Assembly (NCBI GenBank): GCA_951406725.2
Contig: OX597820.1
Span: 29,636,001 to 29,700,000, forward strand
DNA: 64,000 nucleotides
Origin: Octopus vulgaris
Lineage: Eukaryota
Direction of reading: 5' to 3'
This document shows, one piece after another, positions 25,473 through 39,216 of the stretch; within the stretch, counting starts at the first letter, position 1; each line of letters starts with the position of its first letter. Under the pieces are notes generated by a model. It worked only from the letters and a program-made list of their open reading frames with translations, was not told the DNA's origin and did not search any database. Made by a program: the position numbers and the translations under genes.

Positions 25473-25780
25473 CTTTTTCTTTGACGCCCTTTTCAAGCCT
25501 AGCCAGGCTCATGGGCCCGGTTTCCCGGTTTCTGTGGCGTATGTGTTCCTCCCAGCTGGACGGGGCGCCAGTCCATCGCAGCGTTACTCAAGAAACAGGA
25601 AGAGAGAGTGAGAGAAAGTTGTGGCGAGAGAGTACAATAGGGGTCGCCACCACCCTCTGTCTGAGCCTCGTGAAGCTTTCAGGTGTTTTCGCTCAATAAA
25701 CACACACAACGCCCGGTCTGGGAATCGAAACCGCGATCCTCCGCGCACGAGCCGCTGCCCTAACCACTGGGCCATTGCGC
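25473..25780 (-). mobile_element. Family C SINE (V-like tail) with 13-bp TSD
   Basis: CCAGATATATTTT is duplicated at 25460-25472 and 25781-25793. Confidence 0.9.
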
Positions 25781-26100
25781 CCAGATATATTTTATGCATG
25801 TCAAATATATACCGGACATGACACACTTCTGGCATGACAGTCTATTTTAGCAGTTTTGTGTTTTTGTATCGCCAAAATAAAAAAAAAAAAAGGTATTAAT
25901 ATACAAAACAAAAGAATGAAAACTAATTTAACATCTGATATTGTTCCTTCTTGGTATGTGTCATGTTCGGAGATCGTGGTTTGAAGACTTAAACAATGAT
26001 ATAGTAGAAAAGGTATTTTAGCTATTCTAGGAATACTCAAAAACATTTTCATCAACTTCCGTTTAGTGTGCTTTATTTACTTGTTTCAGTCAGTGAAACA

Positions 26101-27040
26101 AGGCGAGCTGGCAGAAACGTTAGCGCACTGGACGAAATGCTTAGCGGTATTTTGTCTGCCGCTACGTTCTGAGTTCAAATTCCGCCGAGGTCGACTTTGC
26201 CTTTCCATCCTTTCGGGGTCGATTAAATAAGTACCAGTTACGCACTGGGGTCGATATAATCGACTTAATTCGTTTGTCTGTCCTTGTTTGTCCTCTCTGT
26301 GTTTAGCCCCTTGTGGGTAATAAAGAAATAGGTATTTCGTCTGCCGTTACGTTCTGAGTTCAAATTCCGCCGAGGTCGACTTTGCCTTTCATCCTTTCGG
26401 GGTCGATTAAATCAGTACCAGTTACGCACTGGAGTCGATATAATCGACTTGATCCGTTTGTCTGTCCTTGTTTGTCCTTTTTGTGTTTAGCCCCTTGTGG
26501 GTAGTAAAGAAATAGGCATTTCGTCCGTTTTAACGTTCAGAGTTCAAGTTCCGCCGCGGTCGACTTTGCCTTTCATCTCTTCGGGGTCGATAAAAATAAG
26601 TACCAGTCAAGCAGTGGGGACGATGTAATCGACTTACTCCTCCCACGAAATTCCTGGCCTTCTGTCAAAAGTTGAAACCATTATTAGACTAGAGAGTTCA
26701 GAGAGTTCAAATTCCGCCGAAATCGACTTTGCCTTTCATCCTTTCGGGTTGATAAATCAAGTACCAGTTGCATGCTGGAGTCGATCTAATCGACTGTCCC
26801 CGCCCCCTCAAATTTTCGGGCCTTGTGCCTAGAGTATAAAATGAATCGTTTAAACTTGAAACAAAATGCTTTGCGGCATTTCTTCCGGCTCTTTACATTT
26901 TGAGTTCAAATCCCGCCGACGTCACCTTCAGCTTTCCTCTCTTTCCAGGGGCGATAAAACAAGATGTCGGTCAAGTACCGGAGTCAACGTAATCGATTAA
27001 TGTCTCCCCTAAAGTTACTGACCTTGTGCTAAAATTTGAA
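26101..27040 (+). mobile_element. Head-to-tail array of ~5 family B SINE units
   Basis: Repeated TTCTGAGTTCAAATTCCGCCGAGGTCGACTTTGCCTTTCATCCTTTCGGGGTCGAT units near 26170, 26355, 26540, 26705 and 26900. Confidence 0.88.
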
Positions 27041-27121
27041 GCCATTTTCTTTTTTCAGATCAAAACCTCAACAAAAACTGGAAATGGCAGGTTTCAAATG
27101 TTATTTTAGGTTCCAAAGCTT

Positions 27122-27152
<31 letters not shown>

Positions 27153-27645
27153 TTCATTTTATTTATTTATTCATTTATTTATTGGTTTAAAACACAGGAG
27201 CAAAGAAACATGAGAAATAAATTATAGAGGACGTTTGAGAATCTCCACTGGGAATTCAGATTTGCTTTTAAGTTCAAGTGTGGGAGTGAATACAAAACTT
27301 CTTGAACTAATGAGCTTAATTAATTATATTATATTATAACAACTTCTTTTAGTTGCAGCCATTGTTTTCGGTTTCGTATTAGGTTTGTATTTAATTTTTT
27401 GTCACACGTTTTTGTTATTGTTTTGTTATTGATGTTGTTGCTGCTGTTGTTGTTATGTGGATGTGGGTTACAAGATTATTCTGATGACATTCCATTCGTG
27501 TTTCTTTCTTTTCGTTTTTTTCTTTTCTTTTCTTTTTTTTGATCAGAAAGTTTATTCAACTGAAAAGAATCAGAGCGAGAGAGGGGGTGAGAGAGAATGG
27601 ATAATCTACATGCAGGATTAAATACTACCACCACCACCACCGCAT

Positions 27646-27738
<93 letters not shown>
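27646..27738 (+). repeat. (CTA)n microsatellite
   Basis: Perfect trinucleotide tract. Confidence 0.97.
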
Positions 27739-27739
<1 letters not shown>

Positions 27740-27852
27740 AGTTCAATGAGAAGTATAAATTAACGAAAATGAGAAAGAAAAGAAATATGCAAATTATTCT
27801 TTTAATTGTACTGGCGGAATCTTTTTTAAAACAAAAAAATAAAGAGAAAATA

Positions 27853-29280
27853 CAGTGGTACCTTGACTCACGAGTGTCCCGACAGACGAGTTTCTCGAGA
27901 TACGAGCCGTCTCTCGACCGATTTTTTGCGAGCTAAAATTCAGGTTACGAGCCATCTTCAGATACCCCACAACTAGCTGGCTTAGCGAACGCCACAGAGA
28001 ATGACGTAACACCTGCCCAGCATCCAGTGTCTCACTCGATAGCTAGACAGACACGCGCGTCAGCAAGTGCAAAGATCGTTAGTGGATCGTTATCTGGACG
28101 GGTGGTAAAATGCTTACTTAGTCGTTGCAGGCTTCAGAAGCATCAGTGTTCTGCTCGCAATTGTGCTTGCTGTTATTTTGCAAAACTTCCGACCATGGGT
28201 CCGAAGAAAGTGAGTGCTAGGACAGTGGTAAGAAGAAGAAGCGGATGACGTGCAGTGAATTAAAGAAAGAAATCTCTCTCTATATAAAGCTGAAGTTGTC
28301 TGTGTATGGCAGGTTTGGTAGCCTTCAACTAACACTATCTCCTCCGAGACCCTGCGGCGCAAGTTGACCAAAATTGAGAGTATGTTAACACAAAAAATTA
28401 TTTACATCAAAAAGCTGCTTTTTTTCTATGAAAACCCCTATTTTTTACGATTTCTGACTGCTGTGTCGCCATTTTTCGGTGTATTTCAACCAGAAAAATG
28501 TTCATTTAAAGAGAATAACAAGCTGCACAATGCAAAATTTTTACTTTTCGAAAATTCCAATTCTAAAGGGTCGAAACAAACCCGAGCAACGCCGGGCGAT
28601 ACTGCTAGCTAATGAAAAACATAACCAAGGTGTGCGTGTAGTTGATATAGCGAAGCATACAAGCGTAGCACTTCTACGATCTGCACCATACTGAATCGGG
28701 AGACGATAAAGGCTATAACGCCAGCCAAGGACCTTAAAATAGTTTCTTATAGCAGACAGCTATCCATGAAAATATGGAGATGCTGCTGATAGTATGGTTG
28801 AGGGAGAAGCAGCTCGCATGAGATACTGTGACGGAGGTTATAATCCGCAAGAAGGCACGAGCTATTTACGCTGATTTGCTGCAAGCAGACCCCATGCACT
28901 TGTACGGACGAGGCATCGGGCAAGCCGTTTAAAGCTTGTCCGGGCTGGTTCGAGAATTTAAAAAAAAGGACAGGTATTCACCCCTTTGTCAGGCATGGTG
29001 AGGTAGCGAGAGCAGATATGAAGACAGCTGAGGATTACCTCAAAACTTTTGCCGGAATTGTAGCAGTCGAAGGATACATCCCCCAGCAAGTCTTCAACTG
29101 TGACGAGACAATCCAAAGAGGACTTATATAACGGTAGAGGAAAAGTGGATGCCAGGCCAGAAATCCATGAAAGATAGACTAACCTTCGCACTGTGCACCA
29201 ATGCGAGCGGCGACTGTAAGATATAAAGCCGTTGCTCGTTTATCGTTCGGAAAACCCCAGAGCCTTTAAGTCTCATAAGG
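27853..29280 (+). mobile_element. pogo/Tigger DNA transposon, 5' half (degenerate transposase)
   Basis: TA followed by terminus CAGTGGTACCTTGACTCACGAG. Frame-shifted MGPKKVSA..KKKRMTCSELKKEI/NEKHNQGVRVVDIAKH (CENP-B-like HTH), FKACPGWFENL, VRHGE and EGYIPQQVFNCDET (first D). Truncated at a SINE. Confidence 0.9.
28273..28608 (+). mobile_element. Non-autonomous Helitron, copy 1 (inside the Tigger ORF)
   Basis: 5' TC after A; 3' CTAG preceded by the hairpin CCCGAGCAACGCCGGG; no TSD. The empty site is visible in the Tigger copy near 63235. Confidence 0.88.
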
Positions 29281-29760
29281 CAAAGTCGATCTCGATAGAA
29301 TTTGAACTCAGAACGTAATGACGGACGAAATGCCGCTAAGAATTTTGCCCGACGCGCTAACAGTTCTGCCAGCTCACTGCTTTAATCTCCTATGAAATAT
29401 TGGTTTCAAATTTTGGCACAAGGCCAGAAATTTCGGGGTAAGAGGTTAAGTTGATTACATCAACGCCAGTGTTCAACTAGTGCTTATTTTATCAACTCCG
29501 AAAGAATGAATGGTAAAGTCGACTTCGGCTGAATTTGAACTCAGAACGTAATGCGGACGAAATGCCGCAAACCATTTTACCCTGCATGCTAACGGTTCTG
29601 CCAGCTCACCGCTTTGATCTCCTGAGAAAAATACTAAGTTTAAATTTTGGCACAAGGCCAGCAATTTCGGAGGAGGGACTAAGTTGATTAGATCGAACCA
29701 AGTGCTCAACTGGTACTTATTTTATCAACCCCGAAAGAATAAAGGGAAAAGTCGACCTCG
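29275..29760 (-). mobile_element. Tandem family B SINE units
   Basis: Repeated GAATTTGAACTCAGAACGTAA...CTGCCAGCTCACC heads and TTTTGGCACAAGGCCAG tails. Older copies at 30260-30770. Confidence 0.8.
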
Positions 29761-30917
29761 CCTTCCCCTTCGTAGAACCGCAAAGGTCTCTTCCACGGAG
29801 TCCACTACCAGATGCAGTTTAAGGCTCATACTCATGAGTATGCAGGAGGATAAAAAAAGTAAATTTGACATCGTAAAGATCTAGAATAAATACCTCGAGG
29901 TAGATTATCCTAAGTTCTAACGATTCTGATATAAGCCACTGCATTAGCTCAATGGTTAATATAATTTTAACCTGATCTTAGTAAGTTTGTTCCTTCTCGA
30001 GCCATGCCTGGCTCATAAGGGCCGGTTTCCTGGTTTCCTTGGCGTATAGGTTCCCCACCTGGATGGGACGTCGGTCCGTCGCAGGTGGGTCTTAGTAAGT
30101 AGGGAGTGACAATCCGGATAAGTTTCACTCTTATTAAACCTTCTCAGCCAATCTTAACTCTTCAGCATATCAAGAGAGGGAAGAAACACCGCAAGGCTGT
30201 CCTGTTCTCTGTTGATTGGTGGCGAGGTAGGGGTAGGTATAGCTGAATAAATACAACCTCAGTATTTAAATGGAACTTACTTTATCAACCACGTGAAGGA
30301 TAAAAGGGAATATCGACCCTGGTAAGACTTGAACTAAGAACGATAGAAGCCTTAACTAAATAACCATTTCTAATATTGACACAGGACCACAAATTTGTAG
30401 AGAAGAATTCACCCGATTAAATCAGATCAAGTGTTTGAATGGTAACTTATTTTATTGACCCTGAAATAGTAAAAGCTAAAGTTGAGCTCTTTGGAATTTG
30501 AACTCAGAATGTAAAGAACCGGAACCAACACATAAAAGCATTTTAACCTATGTTCAGCTTATCCAGTGCTCTAACGATTCTGCTACTCCAGTGCTCAAGC
30601 TCAATGGCAATAATTTGATCTTGGTAAGGACGGGCGATAACTCTGGACATGGAGTAGGGTTATTTAGTTGACTGAATCAGCCATAAAACATTGCTGGTAC
30701 CTAGCTTATCAACCCAAGATGGATGAACGGTAGAAACAACTCTGGTGGGATTTGAACTCAGAACTGTAGAGTGTGTGGTTTAAGGGACATTTGACTGCTA
30801 TTACTAGCAATTCAAGTGACTGCTCAGAAGCTTCGACGTTGGTTACTGCGTAGAGGCTGGCATCTGTGTCCGCCAGTGGGTGTTTTCGCGAATCGCTGTG
30901 TATGTGTGTGTATGTTT

Positions 30918-30993
<76 letters not shown>

Positions 30994-31419
30994 GTGTATT
31001 AGTAGCAGTAGTAGTGTGACTGTGTGCCTATATATTGATTTCAGATTTTGGCTAGCAATTTAGGAGGATGGTTAGTCGATTACATCAACCTCTGCGGAAT
31101 TTGAACTCAGAACGTAAAGACGGACGAAATATCGCTAAGCATTTTGTCCGGCGTGCTAACAGTTCTGTCAGCTCGTCGCCTTACTGTGTGCCTACTTATT
31201 GATGTTAAGGCGTGTGATTTGAAGATGTAGCTGATATTTTTTATCAAGGTTAGCAAACTCTAAAAGCTATTAACTCTTTATTTATTGATTTATGGCGAAA
31301 AGGTATTTCATGTCAATAATTACCATACAAAACTACATTAATACACCAAATATGAAATCAATTAGAGCAAAACTGAAGAAACTAAAGAGATCCCCATTTA
31401 GAGACTCTGACGTTAGCTG

Positions 31420-31501
<82 letters not shown>

Positions 31502-32199
31502 GCCTGTCTGTCTGTCTATCTGTCTGTATTCATGCACATCCGCGCGCACGTACACAAATGCGCGAGAGGTACAGAGAGCGATGGAAGAGACTGTACTGTG
31601 TGATTTGCAACAGTCTGCAGGTCCCTCTGTCAGATGTATTTGCAGGAGCAAATACGAATAATTCTTATGATTCCGTGAAATGTTTTATTAACTTATACAC
31701 TGATTGGTAGCAAGTGATTTGATTTGTTATCCATTATGCTTCTCAGGAGTGAAGCAATTACAGCTTTTGCACAAGCGCTATGCTATACAACCGGAAAAAA
31801 AAAGGTCGGGACAGAATATAATTATTTTAAATCGTATTACTATCATCTACCATATATGAAAGATAATATAATATGCGAAATAGAACGGAAAATATATAAC
31901 AAAATATGAAATATGATACTATGCCATATGAAATATGATATAGTATAACATAATATAAGATAATATGATTTGTAATAATATAATATAGTATCAAATATAT
32001 ATTATATATAAAAACCGTCTGAAAAAAATTTAGTGTCTGAAGTGGTGTTTCTGGCGTGGCCACTGAAGTAATTTATTGTTGCTTATTCATAGTTTACTAA
32101 TAAGCAATTAATTACTTAGTTATTCAATTGCTGTTGTCCTGTGTGAATTCTGAAACATTGCCTTTTACGGATGCAGCTAAGAGTTAGCAATGTTAGCTA

Positions 32200-32302
<103 letters not shown>

Positions 32303-32534
32303 ATGCGTGTGTGCGTGCGCGCTCGCTTGTGTGCGTGTGTTATACATACATATGCATGTATGTATAACATACACATGCAAACATACACGTGTTCACGTGC
32401 ACACATGGAAAACGCTGACAGTCTGATGATGGTGTGGGGTGGGGGAGCCAAAATTTCGAAATACTCTCAACACCTTGTAAAAATTAGTAAATGTGTACGC
32501 TATTAAAAAATATTCTATAATCCTTTAGTTTAAT

Positions 32535-32898
32535 ACTCTTTTACTTGTTTCAGTCATTTGACTGCGGCCATGCTGGAGCACTGCCTTTTAGTCGAGCAAA
32601 TCGACCCCAGGACTTATTCTTTGTAAGCCTAGTACTTATTCTATCGGTCTCTTTTGCCGAACCGCTAGGTTATGGGGATGTAAACACACCAGCATCGGTT
32701 GTCAAGCGATGATGGGAGGGAGACAAACACAGACATATACACTCACAAACACACATATACATATATACAACGGGCTTCTTTCAGTTTCCGTCTACCAAAT
32801 CCACTCACAAGGCTTTGGTCGGCGCCCGAGGCTATAGTAGAAGACACTTGCCCTAGATGCCACGCAGTGGGACTGAACCCGGAACCACTCCTACGCCT
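32535..32898 (-). mobile_element. Family A SINE
   Basis: Matches 10909-11392, with a small deletion in the head. Confidence 0.9.
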
Positions 32899-33302
32899 GC
32901 TAAATTATTTTATGATATAAGACTTCATATAAAAACCAACATTAATATATGTGCGTGTGTGTGTGCAATTCTATATCAATGAAGTAAAACCGAATAATGA
33001 TATTTTGAAAGTATTCAATACGTATGTTTCAGATCATTGCGTAATACACAAGAATACATTGCGTAATACACAAGTATGCATGACTTTCTTTAGTTAATAC
33101 ATCTCAAAATACACACACACACATACATACACATAATGGTTTCAAATTTTGCCACAAGAGTAGCTATTCTGGAGGAGGGGATGAGTCGATTACATCGACT
33201 CCAGTGTTTCCCTGGTACTTATCGACCCCGAAAGGACGAAAGGCAAAGTTGACCTCTATGGAATTGGAACTCAGATCGTGCCGACGGGCGAAAATATATA
33301 TA

Positions 33303-33693
33303 TCTCTATATATATAAAGCTGAAGTTGTCTGTGTATGGCAGGTTTGGTAACCTTCAACTAACACTATCTCCTCCGAGACCCTGCAGCGCAAGTTGGCCA
33401 AAATTGAGAGTATGATAGAAGGCTTGCTCTTCCTTCCGTAGAAGAAAAAATTCAAATCGGACCATGTTAATACCAAAAATTATTTACATCAAAGAGGTGC
33501 TTTTTTTTTCTATGAAAATCCCTATTTTTTATGATTTTTTGACTGCTGTGTCGCCATTTTTTGGTGTATTTCAACCGGGAAAATGTTCACTTAAAGAAAA
33601 TAACAAGCTACATAATGCAAAATTTTTACTTTTCAAAAATTCCAATTCTAAAGGGTCGAAACAAACCCGAGCAATGCCGGGCGATACTGCTAG
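33303..33693 (+). mobile_element. Non-autonomous Helitron, copy 2
   Basis: A|TC...CCCGAGCAATGCCGGG..CTAG|T; the longest of the three copies. Confidence 0.88.
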
Positions 33694-33974
33694 TACATAA
33701 TAACGGTCATTTTATGTTTCCTTTACATTCTGACATGGAGCGGGCGTCACTGTTATTTGAACCAGTTCTCATTCACTGTGCTTCCGCTCATTTCTAAAAT
33801 TTAAAGAAATATTAGCACGAGTGGGGTTTGACAGAATATTATATATATTGTAAATTCTATATTAAAATACATTATTGGGCATCATTTACAGTGACTTGAA
33901 TGTTACTCATCACATGCTGGGTAACTTTGAAGGTATGCTTTTGCCGCCATGGGTAATATCAGGAAACGCTGTAT

Positions 33975-34368
33975 ACTCTTTTACTCTTTTACTTGTTTCA
34001 GTCATTTGACTACGGCCATGCTGGAGCACCGCCTTTAGTCGAGGACTTATTCTTTGGAAGCCTAATTCTTATTCCATTGGTATCTTTTGCCGAACCGCAA
34101 AGTTACGGGGACGTAAACACACCACCATCGGTTGTCAAGCGATATTGGGGGTGACAAACACAGGCACACAAACACACACACATACATATATATGTACATA
34201 TATACGATGGGATTCTTTCGGTTTCCGGCTACCAAATCCACTCACAAGGCGTTGGTCGGCATGAGGCTATAATAGAAGACACTTGCCCAAGGTGCCACGC
34301 AGTGGGACTGAACCCGGAACTATGTGGTTGGTAAGCAAGCTACTTACCACACAGCCACACCTGCGCCT
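33975..34368 (-). mobile_element. Family A SINE
   Basis: Full head, microsatellite and tail. Confidence 0.9.
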
Positions 34369-35411
34369 CATACATAATAATTATAAATTAACTTTCATCA
34401 AATTTCTTCGTGCTTATACAAAATGGTGTAACGAATACTAATTTTTCAAAAAAAAAAAATTATTACCTAAAAATAAAACTGAGTAGAACAAATTTCTCAT
34501 TTGTATAACTCTCCTCCCCCATAACTACTCCATCATTAATCCTCTCCTCCCCCTCTCTACCTCTATGATTCTCTCTCTCTCTCTCAATGTATGTGTGTGT
34601 GTAGCGTTCGTTTACTCATTGCCTGCCACTAAGCCAAGTAGGGGCATCCAATCTGCACCTCTTACGTTAACTCTCTGTATTGCTTTATTACTCTTCTCCT
34701 TTCTCTATACCATGTATGATTTGAAGGAGATTTGGTTGCTATTTCGGAAACGTCGAATGGCCTTGTGGCATCACTCTTATAGACTAGTTTCAAATCATGT
34801 AGACACATTAGTCGCCCATACATAAAGTATCTAGGGTTACATTTTCCAGAGTATCTCTCCTTCAAGATGGCATGGTGTGACTTGAAAGAGATTTGGTTAC
34901 TATTTCTGGGTGATCGAATAATCTTGTAGAACCACTCTCATTGGCTGGTAACGAAATATATAGATACATTAGTCGTATTATCTTTAAATATTTTCATGAA
35001 ACTTTAAAAAAATTACTGTGAAATTCACACAGGCCATTGATGACGAGTGTTTGTCATGTGAAGTTTAAATATAGTTGTTGCCGTCAGCCAAGTTTTAATA
35101 GTAAAAGAAGTTGAGGTATTAAAATGGTCATCTTTATTCTCTGCTTATTTACTCATGATTTCTTAATATTCTTATCTGTATAAGGACATTTTCACATAAC
35201 CTTCAGACTGCTGTGTAAATATTATTCATGAATTTCTGGTTACTTGATAAGCAACCAGAAATAACCCCCCTCGTGAGACCAAAAACTTGTTTCTTTAATT
35301 GTTTAAAAAGACTTCTAACAACTGGCTATAAATATTTCCGCCTTTTTCTCTCTTCTTTTAAAACAAATACACATTTCTTATAAAGGCATGACGAGTCAGA
35401 TTTATTACTGG

Positions 35412-35459
<48 letters not shown>

Positions 35460-35889
35460 GAATGGTTGTAACGTTTTGTAAATTTCCCAAGAGCTTTAAC
35501 TACGGAAGTGAATTCAAATATGTTTAACCGGAAATTGTAACTGGATCATGGAGTCACCTCGTCTGTAACTTAGCTATTGCTCTGTGACATTCGTCACATT
35601 TATAGCTACTTGTTTAGTGAGTCCCGTAATTCAATAGGCCATATAAAGTATCTTTAACTGAAACTGTATTTGTGGGATGTCTTTTTCTTTTTCTTTTTTG
35701 TACAATAAACTTTTGTACAAAAATGTATTGTTTTTGCACAATGTCCCTATGTGATATGATCAGATACTTTGTTGATGAACTTACAAACTCAATATGTAAG
35801 ATCATTCATAAATACATCACAAAATGGCGATGTTTGGTTTAAATGGTTTAGATGGTGACATCTTTCAATTTTCTCCATAGTTTATTTTA

Positions 35890-36072
35890 TGTTTACCGTT
35901 AAATATTTTACTATCTCGATAAAGCTATGTTATACTAAGGAGGTTTAATAAAATCGAAACACATTTGAAGTTGTCTCCCGTTGTTTACCGTAAATATTTT
36001 ACTATCTCGATAAAGCTATGTTATACTAAGGAGGTTCAATAAAATCGAAACACATTTGAAGTTGTCTCCCGT
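35890..36072 (+). repeat. Tandem duplication, 2 x ~92 bp
   Basis: TGTTTACCGT(T)AAATATTTTACTATCTCG...GAAGTTGTCTCCCGT repeated nearly identically, starting at 35890 and 35982. Confidence 0.92.
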
Positions 36073-36426
36073 ACTTACCGAATACACATCTCATTTCCCC
36101 GTGTATGTCTGACCCATCACTGAATTCTGAACCAATTTGGACTTTAGAGTTTTCTACCCTTTCTCTTTCTGAAGAATTATCATTCGCACTAATGGCTTTT
36201 CTTTACAAGTCATTTCAAGTAATAATTTTTGGTGTTTGTGTTTGTCCTCCACCACCGCTTGACAACTTGTGTTGGTTTATTTACGTCCCTATAGCTTTAC
36301 GTCTCCGTAGCTTAGCGGTTCGGCAAAGGAGGTCGATAGAATAAGTACCAGGCTTAAATACAATAAGAACTGGAATTCATTTGTATCACCAAAATCTTCA
36401 AGGCGGTGCCTCAGCACAACCGCAGT

Positions 36427-36784
36427 GGAGGCGCAATGGCCCAATGGCTAGGGCAGCGGACTCGCGGTTTCGATTCCTAGACCAGGCGTTGTGTGTGTTT
36501 ATTGAGCGAAAACACCTAAAGCTCCACGAGGCTCCGGCAGGGGGTTGGGGTTGGCGACCCCTGTTGTACTCTTTCGCTCCAACTTTCTCTCACTCTTTTT
36601 TCCTGTTTCTTGTCCCCGACTTCCTACGCAACCGCTGAGCCTGGATGCGCATTCATCCATCCGTCGATGCTCTCGGTGTCGGGGGTTGACCTGCTTTCTC
36701 TTCAGCGGGTCTTACGAATAGCAAAGGACCACATTTCGGACTTCTCCCATCTTGCGAGCTCTGGGACGAAGACCGTTCGCTCAA
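36427..36784 (+). mobile_element. Family C SINE, tail variant 3, inserted in a family A tail with 15-bp TSD
   Basis: CAGCACAACCGCAGT at 36412-36426 and 36785-36799; head GGAGGCGCAATGGCCCAATGG. Confidence 0.9.
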
Positions 36785-37639
36785 CAGCACAACCGCAGTC
36801 CGAAGACTGAATAAGTAAAAGATAAACGATATGTATACGCGTGTGTGTGTGATTTAATTTGTTGTTGGTATCTGCCTCTGCCGTATTGAATTTGGTAGAG
36901 TCTGCTCCAGTGTTTGGAATATGATGCAAGAGTCGACGGAACCTAATTATTTTTGAGAGATATTTCATTAGAGATACTTAATGCATAATCTCTGCTTCCC
37001 ACGGTGTTAAGTAGCTGAGAAACATCTTCAACCTTGACAAACCAACGACTGAGAGTCTCATACACGATCGCCTAAGCTGCTAGAAATAACAGTCAAATCT
37101 CTCTCTAATCACACTTTGCTGTTTTCCAAAAGGAAGATCTTATTGATTATTGTTGTCTAGGGATACTCTGTTTAAAATAAAAATTTAAAAAACAAAACAA
37201 AACAAAAGGCAGAGTTGTCATGGATGGAAGGCTATTGATTATATGTCAGCTCGTTCAGGACAGCCAACATATGTTCAGACAACAAGGAATAATAATACCA
37301 GTCTCATGGACCTTTAAGTAGTTGCTCGAACTGCTAGAAATAGCAGATGAATCTTCCTGAAATTACACTTAACTGGCTTTGAAAATGATGGACACTTTGG
37401 ATAATGTAGTTGTAAATATATAAGATGAAAGGATCACGATTAGAAAGCATTTAAAGATACGTCTGCACGATCAGAGCTGACCTGTGGCTAAGAAACACCA
37501 ATTAGCTGTGCCAATCAGCGAAGCAACTATTCTGACAGCTACTCGACTTGCTAGAAATAGCAACCAAGATCTCAGTCAAATCACACGTTAGTATTTGGAA
37601 AAGAGAAGACATTTGCTGATGTGATCTTCGAGATTCTAT

Positions 37640-37834
37640 ACTCTTTACTCTTTTAGTCTTTTACATGTTTCAGTCATTTGACTGCGGCCATGCTAGAGCA
37701 CCGCCTTTAGTCGAATCAAATCGATCCCAGGACTTATTCTTAGTACATATTCTATCGGTCTCTTTTGCCGAACCGCTAAGTTACGGGGGCCTAAACACAC
37801 CAACATCGGTTGTCAAGCGATGTTGAGGGGGGAA

Positions 37835-37884
<50 letters not shown>

Positions 37885-38064
37885 TATATATATATATATA
37901 CGACGGGATTCTTTCAGTTTCCGCCTACCATATCCACTCACAAGGCTTTGGTCGGCCCGAGGCTATAGTAGAAGACACTTGCCCAAGGTGCCACGCAGTA
38001 GGACTGAACCCGGAACCATGTGGTTGGTAAGCAAGCTACTTACCACACAACCACTCCTGCGCCT
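37640..38064 (-). mobile_element. Family A SINE
   Basis: Full-length copy. Confidence 0.9.
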
Positions 38065-38982
38065 ATGTTTGGAAATAAGATGGATGGTCAGCGTTAGAAC
38101 GTCTTTTATCATAGATCTGTTTAATCAAGATCTAAGTGAGGTTGAAGAATAACAACTGTCTGTCGGAAAATTTGCTGCTGGAAGGGATCGAACTCAGCAC
38201 TGCTGAGTAAGGAAACACTGATCAATTACGCATTATCTCTTTGTTTATAGAGCAGAGCTGAAGGTTAGACAGACTGAAGCTTGGAATCATTCCTGTTTGT
38301 CAATTTCCACGAATGCAAAAAAGAACTGGTGTAAGACACTATCAACGTTTCGACTGGTAGGCCATCATCACCACTCCCTAACTACCTACCTACCAACATA
38401 CCTACCTACCTATCTACCTACATATATACATACATACAAAATTTAGAGGACTGACCACTAAAGTGGACAGCCTATATGCTAAACATAGACGTCAAATCGC
38501 CATTACCACGAAGAATGTGTTCTCAAGAAAAATCTCAGCAAAAAAAACAAAATGTAAAAATATTCAAAATAAAAAACGATTACTTATGTACCATTGGTTT
38601 CACTTGTTAATATTTACATATATGAACACGCAAATATCTGCAAGATCGTCAGCATAGTCTGTCGTTTACAAAACACAATTTCCAGAACTAGATACAGAAT
38701 GCTCAACCGAAATCCAGTATGTATAAAGTTCTACAAATTATATTTAGGTGTATCCTTTCAAATGCCTTCACATTGGCGCGCTGGGATCGGAAATTACTTT
38801 GCAGCTAATAAATTACAGCAGCCAATTTACCGGTTAGAGAACATTTTTTATTTAAAATTAGATAATAAGGGTAGAAATTGATATTAATCAATTAAAACCA
38901 GGCTTCTTTCACGGGTTGATTCGCTAGCTTCTGCACGCATTTTTTTTCTTCCTTGTTTCTCTCCGTGTTTCTTTTCTGTGTA

Positions 38983-39020
38983 TCTTTCTGTTGAAGAGCG
39001 TAGGCTCGAAACGTAAAAGA
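38983..39020 (+). ncRNA. Minimal type-I hammerhead-ribozyme-like motif (variant core) in a Penelope-like repeat
   Basis: TCTTT-CTGTTGA-A-GAGC-gtag-GCTC-GAAA-CGT-A-AAAGA: stems I and II pair perfectly, palindromic ACGT stem III, GUA cleavage triplet. Confidence 0.6.
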
Positions 39021-39116
39021 CTTGTTTTATTTATATTCCTGAGCGCCATACTAATACAATTGTTTGTTTGTATTCCACCTGCCTTCGTCTTTAGTTTATT
39101 TTCATAAAGCTTCCCG

Positions 39117-39216
<100 letters not shown>

